Positions 9,708 through 19,952 of a stretch of 64,000 nucleotides of DNA are shown here, piece by piece (the first letter of the stretch is position 1; every line of letters starts with the position of its first letter). The stretch covers positions 143,770-207,769 of the forward strand of contig JBBDYC010000019.1 of NCBI GenBank assembly GCA_040901985.1, read 5' to 3'. Origin of the DNA: Gemmatimonadaceae bacterium (GTDB lineage: Bacteria; Gemmatimonadota; Gemmatimonadetes; Gemmatimonadales; Gemmatimonadaceae). A program made the position numbers and the translations under genes. The notes under the pieces are model-generated. The model was not told the origin of the DNA, did not search any database, and saw only the letters and a program-made list of their open reading frames with translations.

Positions 9708-11260
9708 GGCGCGCCCTCAAACACCCAGTATGAGCGCCGCGACGCCATCCCGGCACGTTCGGCTTCCTGCCGCGTGTCGAAGGGCCCCAGCAGCACCCGC
9801 CAGACGGTGACCCCGTCGCGATTGCCGAGCACCACGCGTGCATTCCGGTTCGCGTACCGGATCGAATCGGCCAGCGAGCGGGCGCGGTCCTCGGAGAGCA
9901 GGGTCGCGAACGACACGGTCCACGTGCCCCGGGCGGTTGGCTCGGCGCGGCGGGCCACCTCGGGTGGGGGGGGGACCGGTGTCACGGGCGCACCGACCGG
10001 CTGGCGCGCCTGCGGCGCCTGCGGCGCCCGCGGCGTCGGCGGAATCGGCGTCGGTCGGGCGAGGGCCGAGATGTCGCCGTACCGCGCGGCCAGCAACGCG
10101 GCGAGCGCCGAGTCGGCGGCGACGGAATCGGCCACGAAGTCCTCGAACTCGACCGGTCGGTCGAGACCCGCGGCACGCGGCCGGAATCCGTTCCAGCGGA
10201 CCAGCGACCAGACGTCGGCGGCCCCACGAGGGTAGCGCAGGCGTTCGCGGCCGCTCTCTGCGTCCACGATCACGGCGTCGGGGCCATCCACGACGACGAG
10301 TCGCCCGTCCGGCGTCACCAGGGGCAGGTCATCGCGCCACACCGACAAAAGCGCGTTCACGACCCGGGACGTGCCGATGGACACGACGTATACCGAGTCC
10401 ACGCCGCGGGCCCGCACCAGGAGGTAGCGACCGTCGGGGTCCATCCGCAGCGCGGCGGCCGGGGAGGGCAGGCGAATCTCCCCGCGAATGCGCTCGGCGT
10501 AGCGGTCGAGGATCTGCAGCGACGCGCGGTCCGTGGCGAGGAACACGCGGTCGCCGCTCGGCGTCGTGACGAGCGCCACGACCGAATCGCGGAGGGGGAG
10601 CTCCAGGACGGGCACGAGGTCGCGGCTGCGCAGGGAGAGCAGGCCACTGTCGGTCACGAACCAGAGCCGGTCGCCGGCCATGGTCTGGACTGCGTGGCGC
10701 ACCGCCGGGATGGACACCGAATCCACAATCCGGGTCTCCGGGGGGATCATGCGCCGCGCGGTCGTGCCGCCGGGGAGGACCGTCAGCAGGATGAGACTGC
10801 CGTCCGGATTGGGGAGCAGCCGCGTCACGCCGGGCGGCGGCTGCCAGCTCCAGGTCGCCACCGGCGTCAGCCGGAGGACGCGGCCCTGCACGTCCAGCCC
10901 GAAGACCGCGGCGCCCTCGGCGACGACCTCGCCGCGCACGCGCTCCTCGCCGAGCATCTCCACGGAGCCGAGGCGGAGATGGACCGCGACGACGCGGCCG
11001 GCCTGGTCCTGGGCACTGACCAGTCCCTGGAAGTCATCGAACCCGATGATTGCGGCGATCGGCGGCGTGGCGTCGCGGGCGCGCCAGAGCAGGCTGTCGC
11101 TGCCGCTGCGGTAGGCGGTGGCATAGCCACCGCCGGCCGGCATCCGCACAAGCACGGCGTCGGCGCCGGTCCCGCCCGTGGCGGTGCCGACGGAACGCAT
11201 CGGGTTGCCGCACGCGACAGCGGCGGCGAGGCCGAGCAGGAGGATCCGGGTGAGGGGCAC
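9704..11260 (-). CDS. Lipoprotein with beta-propeller-like repeats and C-terminal SPOR domain
   Basis: Lipobox AVAC; repeats such as TPSGDRVF, DPDGRYLLV, TPDGRLV; WTVSFATL..VWRVLLGPFDTRQEA. Confidence 0.75.
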   Translation of the reverse strand: MPLTRILLLGLAAAVACGNPMRSVGTATGGTGADAVLVRMPAGGGYATAYRSGSDSLLWRARDATPPIAAIIGFDDFQGLVSAQDQAGRVVAVHLRLGSVEMLGEERVRGEVVAEGAAVFGLDVQGRVLRLTPVATWSWQPPPGVTRLLPNPDGSLILLTVLPGGTTARRMIPPETRIVDSVSIPAVRHAVQTMAGDRLWFVTDSGLLSLRSRDLVPVLELPLRDSVVALVTTPSGDRVFLATDRASLQILDRYAERIRGEIRLPSPAAALRMDPDGRYLLVRARGVDSVYVVSIGTSRVVNALLSVWRDDLPLVTPDGRLVVVDGPDAVIVDAESGRERLRYPRGAADVWSLVRWNGFRPRAAGLDRPVEFEDFVADSVAADSALAALLAARYGDISALARPTPIPPTPRAPQAPQARQPVGAPVTPVPPPPEVARRAEPTARGTWTVSFATLLSEDRARSLADSIRYANRNARVVLGNRDGVTVWRVLLGPFDTRQEAERAGMASRRSYWVFEGAP

Positions 11261-11286
11261 GGGCGAAAGTTAGCCGCGTGCCCGCC

Positions 11287-14200
11287 CTAGAACGACTGCC
11301 CGAGCGTCCAGATCCAATACCCCTTCTTCGAGAGGCCGTTCAGGGGGACGGCATAGTCCCAGCGCACAAGTGCGAGGTTGAAGAGGTTGAGTCGGATGCC
11401 GAATCCATAGCTGCGCAGCGGGAAGCGCTGGGTCGCGAAGTCGTAGTTCTCGGGGCGCCGGAGGCTGACGCTCTGGCCATCCGACCACGCCATGCCGAAG
11501 TCGTAGAAGACCAGTCCGTCCACCGGCGGGAGCGAGACCGGGAGCAAGCCGAGGTCGAAGCGTCGGACAAGCGGAAAGCGCAGCTCGAAGTTGGCGTACG
11601 CCACGCGGCTGCCGAGGAGTTGCGCCGCCGAGCAGAGCGTCGGGTCGGCGGCGGAGCTGCCGCAGTCGGTGGACGCGTACGTCTCGCGGTCGTAGCCGCG
11701 GACGAAGTCGGGGCGCCCGATGTACTTCGGGAAGGCGTCCTCGTCGGGCCCGACCGAGATGTTCGTCGCGACGCGCGTCGCCACGGTGAGCAGGCTGAAG
11801 ATCAGCGCATCGTAGCGGCGATAGTCCACCGAGACGGTCGTCCAGTTCACGTTGCCGGCGGTCTGCTCGACCTGCAGGCGGTACCGGCGTCCATAGATGC
11901 CGCCGGTGGCGCCCATCAGTGCGTTGTCCGACACATAGGCGGTGAACGGCGAGGCGTAGTTCAGCGACGCCTCGTTCTGCAGCGAGTCAATGACCCAGGG
12001 ACTGGAGGCACCGGAGTTCGCATCAATGGCGCGGCTGATGAACATCAGCGTGCGGTCAATGTTGTTGAACGAGGCCCCGTATTCGAACCGACTGAACCGG
12101 TTGAGCGGATACTGGCCAAGCGCGAACGCATTGCGGACGATGAAGCGGGAGATCGCCTGCGATTGGAGGAAGAGGCCGCCTCCGAAGTCCCGTTGGTCGA
12201 ACCCGGAGAGGAAGAAATACGGGGACTGCTGCACCCCGAGGGCGTACTGCATCCGGCTCCCGAGGTCCGCGTACATCACGAAGACCTGGGCCTCGCTGAG
12301 CCGCCCATTGATCCCGCCCGCCAGCGCCAGCCGGCGATTGCCGACCATATCGGAGAGGATGATCGCGGTGCCACCATAGACGCCGCGCCCGTAGTTGTCC
12401 TGCGCGTATCCGACCTGCGGGCGCGCCACGTACTCGGGGCGAAGCTCGGCCCGGTAGCGCTCGGTCGTGAACGTCAACGGATCGGGCAGGGCGAGCGACG
12501 CACTGTCGAGCAGCGCCGCCACCGATACGGTCGGGCCGTTCGCCGCCGGAAGCGCGGCCCCCGGCCGCCACCCGGTCGCGCCTCGGTACTCCGAGCGTCG
12601 GCGGCCCGTCCGCTGGGCGTACGCCCGCGCCGTCGTCAGGCTGTCGGACTGCGCCCGGGCGATCGCGTTGATCTGGGTGATCGCCGCCGCGCGCGCGGCG
12701 CCCACGGTGTCCGCGGCGGGCACCGCGGCGGCCACCACCGGCGCGCGTTCGGGCGCCTGGTACGGCGCCTTCTTCAGCGACCGCGGATCCACGATGCTCC
12801 AAATGGAGTAGTCGCCGTCGTCGTGGTAGGTGAAGGCGAGTTTGTCGGCTTGCCGCGCCCAGGTGATTGCCGGGCTGTGCTCGGTCACCGAGAGGATGCC
12901 GCCGAGGAACCGTGTCAGCTGGTAGTGCTCGGCCGCCTCCCGCTCGTAGAGGAAGATCTGCGGGATTCCCGTGCGGTCGGAGATGAAGGCGAGGGACGTG
13001 CCGTCCGGCGCCCACATCGGATTGAGATTCTTGCCGGCCTGTCCCGGCACGAGCATCTCCTCGCCTGTCTCGAGGTCGTACAGGCTGATGCGCCACTCGC
13101 CGAAGCGGAGCTCCCGAAGGTCCGACTGCGGGCCGCGCTCGGTCGCGAACGCGATGTAGCGCCCGTCCGGCGACCACTGCGGCTGGAGGTCGCCGAAGAC
13201 GTCGTCGGTCAGCCGCTGGAGGTTCTGGCCGTCGGCGTCCACGATGTACAGGTCGGAGGTTCCCTGCTGCTGACCGCTGAAGACGAGCCGGCGCCCATCG
13301 GGGGACCAGGACGGGCTCAGCATCGTCTGCAGCGGCACGTCAATCCAGTGCGACACGCGCTTGCGCCGCAGGTCGTAGATGTAGAGGACGTCCTTCCCCT
13401 GCCGCTGGGCGGTGAAGGCGAAGAGGCGCCCGTCCGGCGAGAAGGCGCCCTGCGAGTACCCGAACCGCAACTCCTCGAACTCGGGGTCGAGGGTGCTCTT
13501 GGTCAGCCGGGCGATGCGCTTGCCGGTGGTGGCGTCGGCGAGGTAAAGGTCGAGGAAGACCTCGGCCCGGAAGAGACTGCCCATCGAGATGAAGGCGATC
13601 TGCCGGCCGTCCGGCGACAGGGCGGGGGAGACATAGACGGGGATCAGTCCGCCGGTGCGACGCTCGTTCAGGAGGGGATTGGCGACGCGCCGCGGCCGCT
13701 CGAGGTCGGCGACCTGCGGGAGGAACCGCAACTGCACGTCCTCCTTCCATTCGTCACCGAGGTCCTCGATGTCGAGTCCGGTATACCGGCGGAACGCGCG
13801 CTCCACCCCGAGCGACGTTGACGCGCCCATGATCTCGCCGATGATCTCGTCGCCCCAGCGCTTGGCGACGTAGATCCAGAACGAATGGCCGAATCGGTAG
13901 GGAAAGAAGAGGTCCGGCCGCTGCGTCATCTGCCGGACCGACGGGATGTTCCCGTTGACGGCGGCGTCCCGCATCACGGCATCGGTGTACGCGTGCACCG
14001 GGCCGATCGAGAGGTACTCGGCCATGCCCTCGATGAACCAGAGCGGCGGCGCGATTTGCGAGAGCTGCTGCAGGCCGCTGCCGGCACGTCCCTTCGCGAA
14101 GATGTCGTACTGGAACACGTGCACCATCTCGTGCGCCAGCACCTGCTCGGACTGCCCGAGGTCGTTCGTGAAGAAGAACATGTTGCGTTGCCGGAGCGCG

Positions 14201-14547
14201 TCGGTCACGCCGCCCGTACCCTCGCCCGGATCGCCGATGACGTTGTTCTGCGCGAAGTCGTTGCGCGACCCGTAGATGATGATCGGCTTTCGCTCGCGGA
14301 ATTCGTGGTTGAACACCTGACGCAGCCGTGCGTACGTGCGCTCCGCCATTTGTCCGGTGTACTCCGCGACCTGGCTGAGCTCGGGATAGTAGTGGACGTC
14401 GAAGTGCTCGGTCCGCAGCACCTGCCAGCGAAACTTGCGGTACTGGACCTGATTCTGTCCGAAGTAGCTGCCCTGCGCGCCGAGCGGGGCTGCGGCGCCG
14501 GCGGCGGCAAGGAGGAGCAGGGACGCGACGACGGAACGGGTTCGCAT
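11287..14547 (-). CDS. Omp85/BamA-superfamily outer-membrane protein with N-terminal HExxH metallopeptidase-like domain and TolB/PD40 propeller
   Basis: Signal peptide; HEMVH..WFIEGMAEY; repeated SPDGR/WSPDG; VRGY motif; terminal Phe (LGQSF). Confidence 0.8.
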   Translation of the reverse strand: MRTRSVVASLLLLAAAGAAAPLGAQGSYFGQNQVQYRKFRWQVLRTEHFDVHYYPELSQVAEYTGQMAERTYARLRQVFNHEFRERKPIIIYGSRNDFAQNNVIGDPGEGTGGVTDALRQRNMFFFTNDLGQSEQVLAHEMVHVFQYDIFAKGRAGSGLQQLSQIAPPLWFIEGMAEYLSIGPVHAYTDAVMRDAAVNGNIPSVRQMTQRPDLFFPYRFGHSFWIYVAKRWGDEIIGEIMGASTSLGVERAFRRYTGLDIEDLGDEWKEDVQLRFLPQVADLERPRRVANPLLNERRTGGLIPVYVSPALSPDGRQIAFISMGSLFRAEVFLDLYLADATTGKRIARLTKSTLDPEFEELRFGYSQGAFSPDGRLFAFTAQRQGKDVLYIYDLRRKRVSHWIDVPLQTMLSPSWSPDGRRLVFSGQQQGTSDLYIVDADGQNLQRLTDDVFGDLQPQWSPDGRYIAFATERGPQSDLRELRFGEWRISLYDLETGEEMLVPGQAGKNLNPMWAPDGTSLAFISDRTGIPQIFLYEREAAEHYQLTRFLGGILSVTEHSPAITWARQADKLAFTYHDDGDYSIWSIVDPRSLKKAPYQAPERAPVVAAAVPAADTVGAARAAAITQINAIARAQSDSLTTARAYAQRTGRRRSEYRGATGWRPGAALPAANGPTVSVAALLDSASLALPDPLTFTTERYRAELRPEYVARPQVGYAQDNYGRGVYGGTAIILSDMVGNRRLALAGGINGRLSEAQVFVMYADLGSRMQYALGVQQSPYFFLSGFDQRDFGGGLFLQSQAISRFIVRNAFALGQYPLNRFSRFEYGASFNNIDRTLMFISRAIDANSGASSPWVIDSLQNEASLNYASPFTAYVSDNALMGATGGIYGRRYRLQVEQTAGNVNWTTVSVDYRRYDALIFSLLTVATRVATNISVGPDEDAFPKYIGRPDFVRGYDRETYASTDCGSSAADPTLCSAAQLLGSRVAYANFELRFPLVRRFDLGLLPVSLPPVDGLVFYDFGMAWSDGQSVSLRRPENYDFATQRFPLRSYGFGIRLNLFNLALVRWDYAVPLNGLSKKGYWIWTLGQSF

Positions 14548-14556
14548 TGGAGATCC

Positions 14557-14916
14557 CTACGCGGAGAGGGCCACGGCCGGGGCATCGCCCCACAACCGTT
14601 CGAGCTGGTAATACGCGCGCAGCGTCGGATGGAACACGTGGACCACGAAGTCCACGTAGTCGAGTAGCACCCATCGCCCCTGCTCGAATCCCTCGACCGA
14701 CTCGACCCCAATCCCCTCGCGCTTGAGCGTCTCCACCACGTGGCCGGCGGTGGCGCGCACGTGCGTATCGGAGGTCCCGCTCGCGACGATGAAGAAATCC
14801 GTCATGTCCGACACCGGCCGGAGGTCGAGGACGACGACATCGGTCGCCTTGTTGTCCACGAGGACGGCGGCGGCGCGTCGGGCAGCGGTCAGGCTGTCAG
14901 CAGGGTTGGCGACCAT
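14557..14916 (-). CDS. rsfS: Ribosome silencing factor
   Basis: KATDVVVLDL..TDFFIVASG..WVLLDYVDFVVHVF..RAYYQLERLW; ATG at 14916 preferred. Confidence 0.93.
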   Translation of the reverse strand: MVANPADSLTAARRAAAVLVDNKATDVVVLDLRPVSDMTDFFIVASGTSDTHVRATAGHVVETLKREGIGVESVEGFEQGRWVLLDYVDFVVHVFHPTLRAYYQLERLWGDAPAVALSA

Positions 14917-15048
14917 CGCGTGGGCGGGAGACGGAGGATAAGGGAGCGAACCCAGTGGGTCTTGAAAGGTTCCCGGGCGTCGAGGGCGGGGCAAGGGCGC
15001 GCACCCGTACTACCTCGGGAGGACGGCGGAACCGCACGAATGTGAAGA

Positions 15049-15078
15049 GGGGCAGGCCGCGCACGCACGGCCTGCCCC
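15049..15078 (-). terminator. Probable intrinsic terminator after rplI
   Basis: 11-bp stem ggggcaggccg/cggcctgcccc followed on minus strand by tcttcacatt (weak U tract). Confidence 0.55.
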
Positions 15079-15116
15079 CGCGATGCGCACGCGACGCCCG
15101 ATCGCGACGCGCGCCC

Positions 15117-15563
15117 TCACCCCTTGATGACCCAGACCTTGATTTCCGGCCTGACGTCGGCGTGGAGGCGGATCGCCACCTTGTAGACGCCGAGCGCCTT
15201 GATCGGTTCGTGCAGGTCAATCATTCGCTTTTCCACCTCGGCGAACCCCTGCGCCTCGAGCTGGTGGGCGATGTCGGCGGTCGTGACCGAGCCGAAGAGC
15301 TTGCCCTCCTCCCCGACCTTGGCCGAGAAGGTGAGCGAGACCTCCTCGAGGCGCGCGGCAATCGTCGACGCGGCGTCACGCCGCGCGTTCTCGGCCGCCT
15401 CGAGCCGCCCCTTCTCCTGCGCAATGCGCTTCTTGTTGCCCGCGGTCGCCTCGTAGGCGATCCCACGCGGCAACAGGAAGTTGCGGGCATAGCCGGCCGA
15501 GACATCCACGATGTCGCCGGGGTGCCCGAGATTGTCCACCGCCTGCCGAAGGATGACTTCCAT
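15117..15563 (-). CDS. rplI: 50S ribosomal protein L9
   Basis: MEVIL..LGHPGDIVDVSAGYARNFLLP, GKLFGSVT. Confidence 0.97.
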   Translation of the reverse strand: MEVILRQAVDNLGHPGDIVDVSAGYARNFLLPRGIAYEATAGNKKRIAQEKGRLEAAENARRDAASTIAARLEEVSLTFSAKVGEEGKLFGSVTTADIAHQLEAQGFAEVEKRMIDLHEPIKALGVYKVAIRLHADVRPEIKVWVIKG

Positions 15564-15566
15564 GGG

Positions 15567-16595
15567 TTACTCCGAACGTTGGGATTTCGGCCGCGGTCGG
15601 CGGCGCCAGTCGAGCCACGTGTCGCCGAGTCCGATCCCGACGGCCACCAGTCCGACGATCTGTGAGAACAGGACGACGACGATGGTGAGGAGCACCATCA
15701 TCCATCGGCCCGGTGAAAGGTACCAGAGAATGACGCCGAGGCCACGCAGCGCGTAGAGGACGCCGAAAAACACCAGCAGATTCACGCCAAGCGCCCGGAC
15801 CACGCCGGGCACCGGCACGACCAACGCCAGCAGCCCGACGATGAAGCCCCAGACGAGCGCATCGTTGAACCGCAGGTCCCGCAACGACGCGAGCGGCGGA
15901 CCGAGCCGCACGCGTCCGAACCGGTGGTAGATGGCCCAGGCGAAGGCCAGTACCGCCAACGATTCGACCGCCAGCATCGCCGGAGCGATCCGTCGCGCCG
16001 TGGCCGGCCAGAGCGCAAACTGCCGCTCCACCTCCTCGGCGAGCTTCCCGGCGTCCGGGTTCTCCCGCACCAGGTCCTGCCACTGCGGCCGGTTCACGAA
16101 CTCCCGCCACGCCGCCTGCGCGATCTCCGACCGCCGGCTCACTTCCTCGGCGATGACCCCGCCGACCTCGGCGAACCCCGTCCCCGTGACGAGCAGGGCC
16201 AGCGCGCCGACGGCGAACGCGATCACCAACGCCAACAGGGCCCGCGGAAGGAACCGCTCCCCGATGCCGGCCAGGAGCACGCCGCCGAAACTCGCCGCCA
16301 GCAGGACGCCCCAGCCGCTCGAGAGCATGGCATACGTCCCCGAGCTTGCCGGGACCCACACCACCCAGAGCGCGAAGAGCGTCCAGAGCAGCGCCAGCGG
16401 AAGTCGCCCCCCGGCCCGCCAACCGACGATGGCGCAGACCGCGAGCGCCGGTGCCACGACCACGACGGTCTGCGCCACTGGCAGCATGATCCCCAACGGA
16501 GGCATCGCCGGGAGGATCAGCAGCAGGAGTCCGGCAGCGAGCGGTCCCCACCAGCCCTGCTCACGCGGTGGCGCCGCGTTCGCCTCCGTTGTCAC
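15567..16595 (-). CDS. DUF2232/YybS-like integral membrane protein
   Basis: Many TM helices, C-terminal GLGDTWLDWR, position between rpsR and rplI. Confidence 0.7.
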   Translation of the reverse strand: MTTEANAAPPREQGWWGPLAAGLLLLILPAMPPLGIMLPVAQTVVVVAPALAVCAIVGWRAGGRLPLALLWTLFALWVVWVPASSGTYAMLSSGWGVLLAASFGGVLLAGIGERFLPRALLALVIAFAVGALALLVTGTGFAEVGGVIAEEVSRRSEIAQAAWREFVNRPQWQDLVRENPDAGKLAEEVERQFALWPATARRIAPAMLAVESLAVLAFAWAIYHRFGRVRLGPPLASLRDLRFNDALVWGFIVGLLALVVPVPGVVRALGVNLLVFFGVLYALRGLGVILWYLSPGRWMMVLLTIVVVLFSQIVGLVAVGIGLGDTWLDWRRRPRPKSQRSE

Positions 16596-16607
16596 GACGG
16601 TGCGGCG

Positions 16608-16832
16608 TTACTGCGCCGTCTGACTGCGCCCGTACGGCAGGAGGGCCAGGTAGCGCGCCTTCTTGATGGCCTTCGCCAGCTGCCGCTGGTGACGTGAGTC
16701 CACGCCGCTGAGCCGGCTCGGGAGGATCTTCCCGGTGTCGGTGACGAAGCGCGAGAGGAAGCGCTCGTCCTTGTAGTCGATGTAGCGGATCCCGGCCTCG
16801 GTGACCGGGCAGGTCTTCTTGGGTCGGCGCAT
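16608..16832 (-). CDS. rpsR: 30S ribosomal protein S18
   Basis: [35 protein letters not shown]. Confidence 0.97.
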   Translation of the reverse strand: MRRPKKTCPVTEAGIRYIDYKDERFLSRFVTDTGKILPSRLSGVDSRHQRQLAKAIKKARYLALLPYGRSQTAQ

Positions 16833-16834
16833 GG

Positions 16835-17200
16835 CTATTCCTCGTCGTCGTCGTCGTCGCCGTCACGCGCGCGGCGCGCGGCGAGTTGCTCTTCGGTCAT
16901 CGGCGGCGCGCCGAGCTCGTGCTCGTGCACCGAGATGAGATAGCGGATCACGTGCTCGTCGAGCCTGAGCGAGCGCTCGAACTCCGGCAGCGCCTTGCCC
17001 TCGGCCTGGAAGCGCGCGACCACGTAGTAGCCGGCCTCTTTGTTGCCGATCTTGTAGGCGAGTTGGCGGCGTCCCCAATGGTCGAGCGTGATGGGGTCCT
17101 TGGTGCCGAGAAGGGCGTGATGCTTGTCGAGCCTCTCGGCGATGGCGGCGTCTTCGAGCGACGAATCGAAGATGTACACCGCCTCGTATTCACGAGACAA
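16835..17200 (-). CDS. rpsF: 30S ribosomal protein S6 (TTG start)
   Basis: [21 protein letters not shown]; strong SD GGAGG upstream; acidic tail. Confidence 0.95.
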   Translation of the reverse strand: MSREYEAVYIFDSSLEDAAIAERLDKHHALLGTKDPITLDHWGRRQLAYKIGNKEAGYYVVARFQAEGKALPEFERSLRLDEHVIRYLISVHEHELGAPPMTEEQLAARRARDGDDDDDEE

Positions 17201-17316
17201 TGCGGCAATCCTCCCTTTGGTCGTGAACGCCCCCCGCGGGTTGCCGACGCAGGAGGAGAGTGCGCGTGGGCCGACGGGAGTCGGACACTTTGAACGCGCG
17301 GTGGTGACAACCCCTA

Positions 17317-17345
17317 AACGTAGGCGGGTCGGCGACTTGGGTCAA
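17317..17345 (-). promoter_or_regulatory. Sigma70-type promoter of rpsF operon
   Basis: TTGACC (17345-17340) - 17 nt - TACGTT (17322-17317) on minus strand. Confidence 0.65.
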
Positions 17346-17348
17346 CCC

Positions 17349-18203
17349 TCACGGTTGGAGTCCAAGGCGGCGGGCGGTCTGCTCGGCGGCGATGTAGCCA
17401 AAGCTCGCCGCCGGCCCGAGCGCGAGTACCTCGCGCAGCTTCAGTTCCGCGGCGGCGCCGTGCCCGCGCGCCAGGTACCAGTGCGCCACGCCGTTCCCCA
17501 CCGTCTGTCGCTCGAGAGCCGTGGCGTCGTCGGCGAGGAGTGCCGAGTCGGGAACCGTTCCCTTCATCCACAGCAGCAGGCGGTGGTACGAATGGTTCTC
17601 GAGGATGTCCCAGTCGGCCTGAATCGGTGCGAGGGCCGCGTACACCGCGTCCCACTGGTGCAGCTGGGCGAGGGAGAGCACCCACCAATAGGTCGCGGCG
17701 ACCCGATGGTCGAGGTTGGGCGCGAGCTTGGCGTCCTCGTCCCACGCCACCACCGCCTGCGGGAAGTCGCCGGTGACGAAGTAGGCGAGCGCGAGGTGGT
17801 AGCGGATGTTGGAATGGAGCGTGCTCGTCGGGATCCCGCGCGCGTTGGGCTGGCCGTCGGGCTCGACCTCGTCTGGGCGGCCGGTCACCAGCGCGCGCGC
17901 GCGGGTCAGGTCGGCGATCGCCGCCGGAAAGTCCCGGAGCGAGAGGTAGCGGTGGCCGCGATGGCGAAGGAGGCGCGGCTCGTTCGGGTGGAGCCGCAGC
18001 CCCTCGGTGTAGATCGCGACCGCGTCGTCGAACGCCCCGGTGTAGCCGACGCGCCGTCCGTACCAGATGATCGAATCGACGTTCTCGGGGTGCCGCTCCC
18101 AGGCCGCGCGCGCAGTGGCGAGGGCGTCGGGGGGCTGGGCCGGCACTGCACCGGGCACGGTCAGCGCCAGGAGCACCACGGATGCGACGAGGGCACGGGT
18201 CAC
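17349..18203 (-). CDS. Secreted tetratricopeptide-repeat protein
   Basis: GTG at 18203 with GGAGG SD, signal peptide, TPR-like helices (AVAIYTEGLRLHP, HRGHRYLSLRDFPAAIADL). Confidence 0.75.
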   Translation of the reverse strand: MTRALVASVVLLALTVPGAVPAQPPDALATARAAWERHPENVDSIIWYGRRVGYTGAFDDAVAIYTEGLRLHPNEPRLLRHRGHRYLSLRDFPAAIADLTRARALVTGRPDEVEPDGQPNARGIPTSTLHSNIRYHLALAYFVTGDFPQAVVAWDEDAKLAPNLDHRVAATYWWVLSLAQLHQWDAVYAALAPIQADWDILENHSYHRLLLWMKGTVPDSALLADDATALERQTVGNGVAHWYLARGHGAAAELKLREVLALGPAASFGYIAAEQTARRLGLQP

Positions 18204-18246
18204 GCGAATCCCTCCGAATGAAGTCTCATTGCTCCCATCTCCCTGC

Positions 18247-19347
<1,101 letters not shown>

Positions 19348-19354
19348 CAGTTCT

Positions 19355-19394
19355 TCAGGTGTCAGGTATCAGGTATCAGGTGTCAGGTATCAGG
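19355..19394. repeat. Heptamer tandem array (TCAGGTR)x5 + TCAGG
   Basis: tcaggtg tcaggta tcaggta tcaggtg tcaggta tcagg. Confidence 0.97.
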
Positions 19395-19463
19395 AACAAC
19401 GAAAGGTAGTGGGGGGTGGTGCAACGATGACGGTGCGGTGACGGCGTAGGCTGAGCTTGTGGC

Positions 19464-19916
19464 GTGTACCCGTTCCGTCGCCTCGCCGTCTGGGAGAAGG
19501 CGCATGCCCTGACGCTCCGGTGCTTCCAAGTCACCGAATCGGTCACTGGGAGGCGCTTTCCTGGCCTTGTCGCTCAGTTCCGACGTGCGGTGGCGAGCAT
19601 TCCCGCGAACATCGCGGAAGGGGCCGGACATTCGACCGATCCGCAATTCAATCGCTTTCTCGAGATCGCGATCGCGTCGTCGCTGGAAGCTGACTATCAC
19701 CTCCTGCTCGCGCGCGACCTCGGGGTCATCTCAGGCAAGGACTATGCGCAACTCGAGGCCCGCCTCTCCGAGGTACGTCAGATGCTGACAGGACTGCGGA
19801 AACGCGTGCTGGAGCGAATGCGACTAGCAGGCACGAGACGCGAAGGTGAACGACCAACGCGTGCAAGACGCACGGAAGCAGTAGGAGCGGAAAGAGCGGA
19901 GCGGAGCGAGATGTGA
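19464..19916 (+). CDS. Four-helix-bundle protein (23S rRNA intervening-sequence protein / Avd-like family)
   Basis: FRRLAVWEKA..GLVAQFRRAVASIPANIAEG..F.RFLEIAIASSLEADYHLLLARDLG; low-complexity C-terminal tail. Confidence 0.88.
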   Translation: MYPFRRLAVWEKAHALTLRCFQVTESVTGRRFPGLVAQFRRAVASIPANIAEGAGHSTDPQFNRFLEIAIASSLEADYHLLLARDLGVISGKDYAQLEARLSEVRQMLTGLRKRVLERMRLAGTRREGERPTRARRTEAVGAERAERSEM

Positions 19917-19925
19917 AAGGTGAAA

Positions 19926-19952
19926 GGGGGGAGGCCGTACCGGCCTCCCCCC
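19926..19952. terminator. Perfect 12-bp hairpin, possible terminator for hppA (minus) and/or the four-helix-bundle gene
   Basis: ggggggaggccg-tac-cggcctcccccc; minus strand continues tttcacctttcac. Confidence 0.6.

Noticed and set aside
11278..13821. Long alternative ORFs (also 5641-7887, 37095-39569, 42114-44846, 60597-63929)
   Set aside because: They are antisense or shifted-frame shadows of well-supported genes, expected in high-GC DNA; low-complexity R/A/G/P translations with no motifs.
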